Below, one piece after another: positions 13,801-27,761 of a stretch of DNA of 64,000 nucleotides. The notes beneath the pieces were generated by a model. The model was not told where the DNA came from, ran no database searches, and saw only the letters and a list, made by a program, of their open reading frames with translations. The stretch is from the human T2T-CHM13v2.0 reference genome, Homo sapiens. The stretch lies in the NCBI RefSeq assembly GCF_009914755.1, contig NC_060929.1; one strand, 5' to 3'. A program made the translations under genes and the position numbers. The first letter of the stretch is position 1. The number at the start of each line of letters is the position of its first letter.

Positions 13801-16540
13801 ATACCACTCTTTTAGCACGGAAGGGGTAGTGTTCTATTAAACCAAGTAATAGGACCACTTATTAACTTTAACTCATAACTGATAAAGAGTGAATTTGTAA
13901 TACTATTGCTCAATAATCAACACACCAGCCCTAGGGCAGGTGGATGAGAGTACAAGTAGGAACTCTGTGCACAGGCTTCTATTTCAATTACTACTTCTGG
14001 TAAAATTTGAAGACTACCCTAGACCTCCTGTGTCTCAGCTTTTTCTCATTCTTGCTTCTCAAAAAGCAGGACAGAAAGAGGACCAGCACATGCCAAGTCC
14101 CGCCTCTCCAAAGGGTACAGAGCCTTTCTAGAGATGAGCTAGGGCTCGTGAAACCAAAGCACATATGTCTTTTACAATGTTTATTATTCCTTAGCACTGG
14201 CCTGTTGCCAACTTCTGATCGGTCCCTTCACGAAGAAAAGGCTCTAAATGTGAGAATGAGGATAGGGGGAGTCTTTGGAGATGAAAAGAGCAATTTGGCG
14301 AGACCTTTATTCTAAGCACGATAATTCACGAGCCTGAAATCTCACCCTATAGGGGCTCTTACAGTAGGACAAAGGGAAAGAGGGTTTTCTGTCAACAAAC
14401 CCCTACAATCTCTTACTGCAGTACTGGAAGGGGAGGCTATAAATAAGAGGAAAACAACAACCATTGAGAAAGTCAAGAACCAAGCACAAAATTAATTAGG
14501 TCACCTGGAAAAAAACCACCACCTTCTTCCTTTGAGTCCAACATCATATTAATGAATCCCTGCAAGGGGCCCAGGAAGAGTAGGAGTTATACAGAGCATT
14601 AACATTCTACATTGGCTTAGTTTGGCCACAACAACAACAACAGATTGGTACGACATGCAGTGAAGCAGATGAAGGGTTACCTAACTCCAGGCACAAAAGA
14701 AAACCAACAGGACTCTCAACTTCTCCATACAGCTTTCAAACATATGTATTACAGATCTAGAGGAGCATGAATAAGCAAATTTGCATTCTTTCCAAAACTT
14801 CAGAGTTGAATAGCTTATTTCTTTCCAGTCAAAAGTATAGGTGAGGCTAATGCAATAAAAATAAAAAGTGCTTATAATTGCAGGCATTCAAAGAGTACAT
14901 GGATCCTATGTATTACAACATAAACAAATGGGCTTAAACAGCAGAACTTAGGTAGAACAAAAACTGTTGCTTTGTAGCAAGGTACACTTGATAGAAAGGA
15001 GACTGGTAATTTCCCCTCCCAAGCAAATCTTAAGAGGTATAAAATGAACTCTGAAGAAAAGCCTAAGGCATAGAAGAAAAATAATTGACAAATGCCTACT
15101 ACGTGCCAGGAACTGTTTCCAGGATCTTTTAATCTCAAGATTAAAGACTATTGATGTAAATTTGTCTGTAAGAATAATGAGGACCTTATTGCTGATGCCT
15201 GACCCTCACCAACAGAACAAGCAAGGCAATGGCACCAAGGCTCCCCCTGACTAGGAAACTCTGGTGATGCAGTTGGAAGTGGGCCACCGAGGTTTGCAGG
15301 CATGTCACCCAAGCATTCTAGAGACTGGGGATAGTAGCTCTGGTCAGCAAAAAAGGTAGATACGCCACAGCATCGACTCTGGATGGATCTGGTGTTGTTA
15401 GAAAATAAGCACCTGCCTAGAGTGGGAGAGGATGCCTCCCATCCTTCTCTGCAATGGATTTTTTAGCTGAAAGCCGAAAACTCTGTAACAAACCAGCAGG
15501 TGATTTTGGTGGTACCTTAAGCTCTCAGGGAGCTTTCATTTGAGACATTGTCATAAAAGCAGCTGGAAAGCCCTCCGAAACCTATATTTAGGTATCTATT
15601 ATTCATCCAGAGTCCAGCCAGAACATTTACCTGAAAGATATACTTTCAAAATCAGACAAACTGCATTTCCAAAACAACCCATGTTAGCAGACACTAAGCC
15701 TTAACATGTGCCTTTATTATGCATTCACAAAGTTTCTGCTATGAAAGTCAGAATCCAGCTGACCCTAAAGGTATGGCAAAAACAAGCAATTTTAAAATAA
15801 TGACCTTTTGCTCTTATAAATACCCTCAGCAATGAGTTCCTACACACATTTAGTCATAAACTCCAGCAAGAAATGGCACATGATATCACATGTCCAGGGA
15901 CCTGAATGCATTGCATTGAACCTTAATAGATGACCAAATATCAAGGCACTAAGCAAGTTCTATGAGAGCCTGAGCACTTCCTGATTCATATGTTAGAATT
16001 CTACTAGAATTCTACTGGTTCATTCTGGTAGAAATATTTCTTGAATAGCTAAAATGTCCTTAACTGTGAGGCACCAACACATTTTAGCATTATTTTAAAA
16101 TTGAGTCAACATTCTAAGTTTCCCTTAACCTTCTTTTAGAAATTCAGACAAATTGATATATCAGAAATTCATGTGTGCCCTTCCCCAGGGAATTTTCAAA
16201 TAAAAATAGCAAAACAACAAAAAACAAACCCTAAGCCTCATCTTTAAAAAAATTTATTAAATTGTTGCCATTCTCAAAGTTTTTTTCTTCCTCCATGAAA
16301 TATTAGCAATTTAAATGTTCTCAAGTCCTCATGCTTGACTTATTTGGGGATGCTTCATATTAACAAAGTATTTTTATTGCATAACCATTACTTTCTCAGA
16401 CAATATTCGGTTTTGCACAGTTTACTTTTCATTCTCACTTGATACCAATACTCTAGTTCAAGACAAATCCTCATCTGGTACCTGTCACGGAATTTGATAA
16501 TTCTGAGTTTTACAAACTGAAGGGAATATTGATTACTCAC

Positions 16541-16587
16541 CATATCCAGGAATGCCTTCTAAAGGGAAAATTATTCACGTGCATCAT
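16541..16587 (-). CDS. PDE4D: PDE4D3 isoform-specific first coding exon (cAMP-specific phosphodiesterase 4D, long form 3)
   Basis: Minus strand reads gcgaacATG ATG CAC GTG AAT AAT TTT CCC TTT AGA AGG CAT TCC TGG ATA TG|gtgagt = MMHVNNFPFRRHSWI(C), the known PDE4D3 N-terminus with the PKA site RRHS (Ser13); phase-2 consensus donor. Confidence 0.97.
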
Positions 16588-16680
16588 GTTCGCAGATCTT
16601 CTGTCATTAATATTTTTCTTGTCTCCTACGTTACATGTAGTGATTTTTACAGATGAATTCCAACTCTCTTGTTTGAGCAG
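16588..16680 (-). other. PDE4D: 5' UTR part of the PDE4D3 exon, with candidate splice acceptor at 16681-16682
   Basis: Contiguous with the ATG; cccacgatag|CTGCTC is the first AG after a long T-run (A-run at about 16717-16734 on the plus strand). Confidence 0.65.
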
Positions 16681-16689
16681 CTATCGTGG

Positions 16690-18600
16690 GCAATTATTGC
16701 AACAAGTATTGAATCCCAAAAAAAAAAAAAAAAATCTCCCCCCACCAATAAAAACAAATAGCAATTACAAAAGGCCTTCCAGGATTTGAAAAAAGAAACA
16801 TCACAGAGCACTGCAGGTATGGGTCCATCCATTTAGGTTCCACTAGTTAGTCAACATACTAAAATAACCAGTTCAACTAATAATCCTAAATGGTGGCAAA
16901 TATTGTCCTGGTAAAATCTAACCGCCTTGAGTGTAAATTAATGCATCCTTAAGGAAGGACTCTGGAATGTGGGAAGAAAGGAGTCAAAAGACAGTTTCTT
17001 GATATCCTTGTTAAAGAAGTGTTAGAAGGGAAATGGAAAACTTCAGGTTGCTTTGCCATGCTGTCCTTTAGAAATGAATATTGCTTTTTCTTCTTTCTTA
17101 GGCACATATTCATGTATGGTCACTTTAACGCAGTGCTACCGTCTGAGACGTGTCGGACAAAGGCCTGGGCAGAGGGGCTAGAAACCATGTATCACCAAAG
17201 CCAACTTCTTTCCCAGATTTCAGAATTGCTGGTTCAACTGCAAAAGTAGGAAGGCAATGAGTAATTTCTGCTCTGCAGGACAAGATTACCATTAACTACC
17301 ATCATGACTTCAGAAGATGCTGTCACGATGAAATTCATTTCTGCTGCCTAACCCCATAATAAGGCTGGCTGTTCTCTTTAAGTAAAATGACTAAGCTATT
17401 GATCTTTTCACTGCAGAATCCCCTTTATTTTGTTATTATCAAAACCATGTGGGAGCTTTTCATATTTTGCCTTGGAAAGAAAATGAATTTCACAGCTGCA
17501 AGTCAGACGTTGTCTAAGAATTCTTCCCCCGATGTCTTTCTTTTCTTTTTTTTCCTCTCTCAATCTCTTTTGTTTTTCACCCCAAATTCAGTTTTCCAAT
17601 AGGTGTCATTTATTCTGATGCTCTGACATCTTCTGAAAGATTCTCATGCCCAAGCTATACAGACCTTGCATGCTTTTAAAACACAATGGCAACAGGCTCC
17701 TGCTGGAGTCCCCCAGCGCCGAATTTCCAGCAGAACCTTTGGAATCCTCGCAGCCGCCTTGTCTGCCCTGGGCTGTGCCGCCCCAGCTCTGATCAGCTCA
17801 GGACACTTGCAGGCTCCGTGGTACTGTACATTAACTCTGCAGCAGCCTGGCTCAGCTGCAGAGACTGCTGCCTGACAGGGGATGTGCTGGCGTCAAGGGG
17901 GCCCTCTAGGTGGGTTCCCAGACATTGCAGAGCCGCGCACTCCTTGCTAACCTCCAAGTAAGAGCAAGCAAAAGGGGTTAAAGGAATAGCTCGCCCTGGA
18001 AGAGCAGACTTCTTTCAGTAATTACCAGGCAAGAAAAGCTAAACAAGGAGAAGCCTGTAAAACACCTCACAGGGAAATTACGCCTTAAACAAATACGGAG
18101 GGAGGATTTTTTGTTTGCTCGTTTTCCTTCTTACCCAGTGAAAAAAAAAGAAATAAAAGAAGTCCAGAGATAATTTGCAAATGATAGAGTTTGGTGGATT
18201 TCACTCCTTAAAAAAAAAGCACCGGGGTGGGGAAGCCTTGTTTACTTGATGATTTGTAACCATTTAGCTGCAGATGACCACATGGTGATTTTTGGACAGG
18301 AAATCCTATGGAAGCCGGTTCTGCAGAAGTCAGTTGTACTTCAATTGCAATTGCGCATGCCATAAAACTGCTTGTTTGATTAGGGGGTGTGTAGATATGA
18401 GGAATGCTGAGATAAAACGTTGCAATCCCTATCACTGATGTTTTGCATTTCTTCATGCTTGCTCCTTTGTTGCAAAAATTCTGTTCAATAATCCCCCAAA
18501 AGCACCCCATCACTGTTGATGCCATTTTGGAGCAAGAATAAAATAGTAAACTCTTGTAATAGTAGGTTGGCACTTAAATGGTATTTGTTTGAAATCAGTG
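16690..18600 (-). promoter_or_regulatory. PDE4D: Putative PDE4D3 promoter / upstream non-coding exon region
   Basis: Repeat-free block just upstream of the D3 exon; GC/CpG-richer patch 17660-18000; half-CRE CGTCA 17891-17895; E-boxes 17446-17451 and 18279-18284; YY1-like GCCATTTTG near 18521; minus-strand donors CAAG|gtctgt (17665) and CTGG|gtaaga (18135). Confidence 0.65.
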
Positions 18601-19234
18601 GGAGAATGGACTTTGCAGTAGAAGTACACTCAACATTAATATACCACTTTTAACTTAGGTATTTAAAAAGGCTTTTACGCAATTGCTTGATATTAAATGG
18701 AATACCGGCAACATTTAATATAACATGCTATTATCTTCATTTAGGATTTCCCCAGTGAGGTCCTGTCATTGCAGAAAATATTACCCAAGATTGGGTGGAG
18801 GGCATGTCCCATAAATTCAAAACCTAGTATAAAGAAAACTAATCTTAAAAACCACCATAATTTGGAGAATTTTCATTTTGATCAAAAGATGATCCTAAAA
18901 GGAGGATTCCTAGGAGGAAGAAGAACTGGGTGATTCCTTAAAAGCAATGTGAACTTGTAGGTTCAGAAAGATGCCACTACAGCATAAAAGAATCTTGAGA
19001 ATATTTGTTGAGATTTCCTGTAGCCTAGGCAGTGTCCTCATGACCCCTTTTTGCTAAAGGGACTAAATCTCTTCCATAAGGTCATTTGTAATCTGGCCCA
19101 GAAAACTTCAGCCTACATTGTTTTTAACAAGCTTTGAATGTTTTGAATCAAGTAATTAAAATTTTGATATTATATTAGACATTTAAATATTATTATTTAA
19201 GAGCTAGGAACATCTACAATGCCCCAGGTCCCAT

Positions 19235-19445
19235 TCTAAGATAGTTACAGTATTACCCCATTTAATCCACACAACAGCACTATGAGTTAAGGACTGTTAC
19301 TAGCCCTGTTCTCCAGATGAGGCTATTGAGGCACTCAGATGTTAAGTAGCATGTCTGAGGTTAAATATCTAGTGAGTCACTATCTGAATCAAGGAAGTCT
19401 GGCTCCAGAGCCTGTACACATTACCACAATATTCTAGCACCTCTG
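19235..19445 (-). mobile_element. MIR
   Basis: ccatttaatccacacaacagcactatgag...cagatgaggctattgaggcactcagatgttaagtagc...tctggctccagagcctgtac. Confidence 0.75.
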
Positions 19446-20609
19446 TAATCATAATAATACCACCTTGTTATACTTTTATACTTTCTAAAATATTATTGTT
19501 ATATGTATTATTTTGGCATCACAGAATTATGCTGAGGAGATTAAGACATTTATTATGCCCATTTTGGAGATGCCAAAAAGATTGTATTTGTTCATTATCA
19601 GGCATCTTGTGAGCAGTAGATCTGGAAGAGAATTCAAATTATTTGACTCTGGTTAGTGATCTTTGATCATGATGATGATAATGATGGGTTTTAATTATTT
19701 TAAAACTAACATTCAGTCCTTATACAAGAGAGTAGGTCTCCATAGAAAGTAGCAAATGCAAAGATTTTTTAAAAAGATGTAAAAATATATTTTCCTTTGT
19801 AATGAACATCATTTATCTGACATTATTTTCTTAGTCCATTTTATTCTACTCTGTTCATATGTCAAACCATCACCTATGGGTGATAGGATAGTAAGAATAC
19901 CTCTGAATCTTTCTCCACTACCACACAGTTCAACATTCAATACTTGTTAGCTACATTTCCATTTGCGGGCAATGATATAAGCAAAGCACTTTATAAATAA
20001 AATACAAATGATTTGGCCATTAAACTACTAAATATACTTAAACTAAGAGGACATTTTAGCTGAATATTTTTAAAGTGAATTTTCGTTGGATTTTTATTTT
20101 TATACATGCAACTGTCTAGAATAAAGTCTAACAAATTAGAACAAAAGGAAACACAACTGAGAAACTATGATAAATAACAGAAAAGCCAAATTTCTGCTTG
20201 AAAGATAGCAAAGAAAAAACTGTAATTTATTTCACAGTTCAGAGAATCAAGACTACACATTATTAAACAATCCAAAATTGAATATTTTTGCAGACATAAG
20301 GCAACAAATATAAAAGAATAGGCTTGCTTAGAAAATAGAAATAACTCATTTCCAGCATTTTATTCCATTTATATTAGAAAGAGGGTCTTAAGAGTTATGT
20401 CTACTAATTTATAGGCTGATACTTTACAAATTTAATACTTCCTACATGTATGGCCTTCAAGAAACAACAGTTAGGCAGAACTAATAGGTTTGTAATCTAA
20501 AAACAAGTTGTCAAAAATGAAAAAATGTTGTTGGGTTAGGGTAATGCTAATCTATTTTGTTACACTAAAAGATAATCATCCTTTCATGAAACTTTTAAGA
20601 AATATCAGG

Positions 20610-20732
20610 AAGCCAGTTCTGGTTGCTCATGCCTGTAGTCCTAGCTACTTGGAAGGCTGATGCAGGAGGATAACTTGAGCCCATTTCAAGACCAGGCTGG
20701 GAAACATAGACTCTGTCTCTAAAAAAATTAAA
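20610..20732 (+). mobile_element. FLAM/Alu monomer
   Basis: Alu monomer with A-tail, flanked by the TSD aagaaatatcagga. Confidence 0.85.
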
Positions 20733-23719
20733 AAGAAATATCAGGAGTAACCATAAAAGATTATCTTTATGGCTAATCTCAGCCCCATTATTTTTATCAA
20801 TACAGGAGTGCGAATTATTAGCAGGGCACCACAAATTGGCATAACCTCAGTGAAGTCCCTGCAGCTATGGCATAACCTCAGCTCTACTAGAGCAAAGACT
20901 GGTTTGTTGTTTTGTTTTGTGTTTTTTTTTAAATTTTAATCCCACAGCAAGCACAAGAGTAAGTGAACTTATATTAACTACCCTTAAATGAGGCTGATTC
21001 AATAAAAAGCTCAATTAATTGATAAACTACAAACTCAGAGCAAACCAAAATACTTTCAACATTTTCATTGAAAGATCGCTTAATGCATCCAGAATCAGAG
21101 CCAGAAGTATTAACTAGCCGGTGTCCCACGTCCTTTTCCAATAAAACCCTTTTCTCTCATGGTTATAGGGTTATGCTCATAAGAGTGAAGGTTTTCAAAC
21201 TAAGTTTCTGGGAACCCTATGGTTTTTCAAAGTTGCATCAGGTCAGCTGAGGGGCAAGGCACTTTGTGCTGGGTCTAGGAAGCCAGGTACTTTGTGCTGT
21301 TTCAACAAGAGCTCTTCTGCTTTAACTAGTTTTATCTCAAAGTTTGATAATACATACAAAAAAAGTCTGGCTCTTTAAAAAAAATTACAAAAATGTAACA
21401 GTAGAAATACAGAATTAATACTTTCTACACAAATTCTTATCTCTGTAATATCAGTTTCAGTATTTCATCCTCTTAAAATGCCTTCAACTTACACACTTCC
21501 TTCACAATGAGCATAAAAGAATGATTAAGTTCAACCTTTATGCTAGTATAAGCATAGTATAATAAAGTCACACCCTAGTTTCTGAGGTTGGGTATTTCCT
21601 AGACTCTTTAGTCACTTGTACTTATCAGAGGGTGTGATGAGTTACTTCATTGATTTTCCCTGAGTTTCACTTTCAGAAAGTAACTTTAATGTCAAATGTT
21701 AAGGTATATTTTTTTGTCATCATTGCATTTTGGTATAATCAATAGCTAATGTCAATGTTTGCCTCTTAAATAACTTGATGAAATAAAACTCCTGTATATT
21801 TAGACATCAAAGAATAAAGACCTAAAAGATGACTTATTTATCTTATATGAATACCAATAATCAGTTCAGATATTTTTGGAAAGTCTCCATTCTTTCAAGA
21901 GGCTGGATTACTTTTGTCCCTTAGATGTCAAAAACAAAACACTTGGTCCCTGTATTCTACATATTGGGTTCATATAAATATATTTACACATACAAAAACT
22001 TCTATGTACTTTTCTTAGCACATTCTATATACTATTAATAACAGTATAAATACATTATACACAAGGATATAGAAGCTACTGTCACCTGGATATCTTGCAG
22101 GATGTGACTTTTTGCCTCAAGCTCCCCCCATAAATATATATTTTTTACCAATAAAAAATAAAATTTACATGAGTTTTCACATGTGTGTATGTATGTGTAA
22201 TTATACATTTTTTTCTTTTTATTGCATATATCATCAACTAATAAAGAGGTGAGTGTGCCATCAGAATGAGACCTGAGGTGGCTGTGCTTCCAACCCCACC
22301 TCCCAGCAAGAAAAGAACATTCAAGACCAAATTCTCTATCTCACCTTTACAGAAAGCCAATCCCCCAGGAACAGAACAGTGTCTTCTTCTCTATATTTAT
22401 AACACCAAAAACATTGTTGGTACTCAGTCAATGTTAACTAATAACGATGTTGATAGTCATGACTTTCCACTCCTGGCAAGTTCTAGCAAAGTCTGAAGGC
22501 ATGCTGTTCTGAACATTTATAACTGAAATACGAGAAGCCTTTCATGAAGCCGCAGTTTCAGTTGCTGAGAGTCAGGGAAATGCATCATGTTTCAGCAAGT
22601 TGCTAGTAGCTACTACATTCAATTTCTACATATTCTCATAACCCAGGGTACAATCACCAATTAGAAAAGAAAAAATAAATTCATTAAACACCTAGTTTCA
22701 TCACCTAAAACCAGCAAATGCTTTGTTGGGACTTTTCATGATTCAACTAATATAAAAAGCCATTTTGGATCATACTCCTCAAGGTTAAATCTTCTAATCT
22801 TAAATGATAAATTCTTTTACAGAAGAAAAATCTCATAATATGAAATATATTTCATAATTGGAATATTTAGAATGCTTGTTAAATTTTACTTTTAATTTTT
22901 TTTTTGGAAGTAGAAGACTTAAAAGCCTAATACTGAAATACAAAGAAGGCACTTAATATTTATACTTAAGAATCAAAAGTGGAAAAATGTTCACAGCAAG
23001 TTTAAAGACAAAAAAGTCAAATGTGTATACCATCTTGGAGTCCTAAGATGTGAACCCTTATTTTCAGGTTCTGCCTTTTACTTTTTGTGTAATTTTGACC
23101 AACGCATGAAACCTCTGTGAGACACAATTTCCTTATCCGTAGCATGGAAGTAATACAAACACTTAGATTATTATAATTTTAACTTATTATAATTTAAAAT
23201 TTTTTAATAAGAAGAGCTCTTTAAATGTTGTTTGCATATACCTTTAAAATTTGCTTAGTAAAATATAATAAAATACAGATCATTTGTTTTGCAATTTACT
23301 GGAATCAAAATGGAAAAAAAAGAAAAAATACAAATAATGTAATGTCAAAACTACCTTCTGAAATGGAATTACATTTCATTTATATCTTAAGCTTTTCTAA
23401 AGGCTTTGTATAATATTTGTTTAGAAAATTCAAAGGAGCAAAATTATTTCTCATGTAATAAAATAAAGCCCAACTTCAAAACTTACTCATATTATCAGCT
23501 GGGCATGGTGGCTCGCACCTGTAATGGCTCTCAAAAAAAAAAAAAAAAGAGAAATGTTGTAAGAATGCACACTTATTCTTTCATTTATCCTGATTAGATG
23601 TATCCAAAATAGATTTGCTTTCACTGGAAATTTAATTGATTGTTACTGATTGATAATTTAATTAAACTTCTGATGACAGTTCTTCTATCACTCAACCTCC
23701 CAGTAAAAAAGTAACATAA

Positions 23720-25270
<1,551 letters not shown>

Positions 25271-27723
25271 GTTTTTACAAAGTTACATGACAAGCATTAA
25301 CATTTTATACCCAGAATATGTACAATTTTTATACAATTTCAAATTTATGGATGCTAAAATTGCTATTTGTAATGTCAATAGATTCCATTTTCTTTACAAT
25401 TGCTTGAAGCAAAGATGTAATTTTATCAAGAATGTTTAACACATATTTTGACAATCTATTTATAAAATCTGAAACTTATCACATAGTTTCATTTTAACTA
25501 GATTCAATATCATTTAAAGTTTCTTTTTAAAGAGGAAACATTATTTCATTTAGGAAACCATGCAAGTTCAACATGGGAAATACAAAAATAAAATAAAATA
25601 AACACACAAGAAAGAAGCAAGTCATCCATAATTCCATTCCCAAAAGACAAGTCAGTATACTTCTTTCCAGTCTTCCTCCCCTCCAGGAATAGTGGGTTTA
25701 CCACCGATTTTTATGTTGTTGTAAGAATATTTCACCGACCTCTGAATTTGGTAAAAAGTACTGCCTGGAAAAGAACTCTTTTATTTGCCAGATGGCACAT
25801 GGTAAAGAAATTACCATGAAAATACTCAAACCTCTCCACTCTCACAGGTTTACTGGGGAAGGCAGTTCAATCAGATGGGGCTTACAAAAGTTATTATTCT
25901 CTTTAAAACTCTTGTGATGAATTTTTACCAGTAGATGATCTCAAGAGGGTATTCCTCTGGATGTTTCTATTCTTAACTCTTTAGTTTTGATCCACCTTTA
26001 GGTCTGCTTGTATATTTCTTTTTAAAAATCTTAAGTAGTATATCGCTGCATATACTACTACAGTAGTAGGACATAGTAGATGTATTGTATGGTCCAGGTA
26101 AAACTAAGAAATTATTCTTCCTACTTTTAGAATGGAATACAATGTGTGGTCCACCATATATATTGTCAATCTAATTTAACGCTTCTTTAATATTCTGCCA
26201 GTACTGGTTTTTAGTGCTTTTTAAAAATTATATATATATATATTTTTGCAGTGTTTTCAGTCACTTTAATAGGAAGCTGGAAGAGGCTGCATCAGAGGCT
26301 GCAGGTAAAATGCCATTTAAAATCCAAAGGCCCCATCCACCACTTCTAACCCATGCACATATATAATTACACATCATTGGCAGTTAACAGAGTTAGGTAT
26401 AAAAGCAAATATGACTATGTTATTTACAAATACATATATTTGTATATATTTATAACATATGTATATTACATATATATATACAGACACATATATGAAACAT
26501 TAAAAATGAAAATATTTCATTTAGAAAACCATGCAAGTTCAACACGAGAAATACAAAAAAAAAAAGAAACACACAAGGAAGACACATATACATGTATTTT
26601 TATTTCGGCATCTTGAATTGACTACGCAGAGACATTGCCACTCCATTTTTAAGTTATTTTTGAAATAGATGACTAAAGATTATCATCAGCATGTAGTGGG
26701 GTACATGCTCTAGGGGTAGTGGGGTTTTCTGGTCTGTTTTGTCCTTGGTATATCCTCTAATGCCTAGAATAGTATCTGGTGCATAATAAGGACTCAGAGT
26801 CCTTATTATCTTGACATTGACTTTGTTAAGTATTTTATTATCATAAATATTTAATAAATGAGTCTCTATACCAAACATGATTACTTATGTCTGCCTATGT
26901 TTCCTTCTAAAGACCTTGCCTTTCCTACACTTCACCATTATAAAATCTGATGGGAATAAGCATGATAACTTGACTCACTGACATCTGATTCATTTACTAG
27001 GCAGCAAATATTAATATTTGCTCTTTGGAATGTGAAATGTCCTAAGTGAAATTGAGACTCTAATCAGTTCAAGGTGGGGTTGAACCAAAATGTCCTGTAG
27101 ACTCAGGGGCTGAAGTTACCATTTTGGGTTCAGTGCAAACTGATAACTAAAGAGACAGTGGCAATTACAGGGAGAAGGCAGGAAAGAACAGAAACACAGA
27201 GACAAAAAGAAATCGGTGATTGTATGGCCCCAAAGAGAGTAGCTGCCTTAATTTCAGTTTTCCTAATCCAATAGGCCCTGTTATACTTGTTTCTGTTAAT
27301 TTCTGTATCTTCATAGTAACTATGTTCCCCCTTTTCTACAGGAGCTAGTCTGAGTCAGCTTCTTTTTTTGCAATCAACATTGTGATGAGTCATCATATAA
27401 GAAACCTTACGTTGCTATTCATAAATTATTTCCTTCCCTCCTGAAATAAAGTCATTTAAAATTAATGCTATATTGTAATATTGAATAGCTACAATGAATG
27501 AACTTGACATTGAATTAATGGTTACATGATCAAGTGGCTTAAATTAAAATGCACAGAGTGGCGTTAACAATGTATCTACATCTACATCCACATCTAGATG
27601 TTCTGGAGACTGTTCTTTTTCTCTGACTGACATCTATTACACTTCCAATCAAAATACTAGCTTCTCATTTTCTCGAACCCCTTTTCACAGTTTTCTTCAT
27701 TAAATGTCAGTTTGTTTCAGATA

Positions 27724-27761
27724 AGGAGAGGTGAGAGAGAGAGAAAGAGAGAGAGAGAGAG
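27724..27761. repeat. (GA)n microsatellite
   Basis: Visible directly in the sequence. Confidence 0.85.

Noticed and set aside
16541-16558. Apparent 18-nt neural microexon (ttttccctttag|AAGGCATTCCTGGATATG|gtgagt)
   Set aside because: The apparent acceptor is the codons for NFPFR of the PDE4D3 exon; the longer reading matches the known protein.
17897-17914. CTCF-like motif (ccacctagagggcccc on the minus strand)
   Set aside because: Two mismatches in the core; cannot be supported without ChIP data.
26034-26068. Overlapping short hairpins (agtagtatat/atatactact)
   Set aside because: Low-complexity 10-bp stem, too short for a pre-miRNA.
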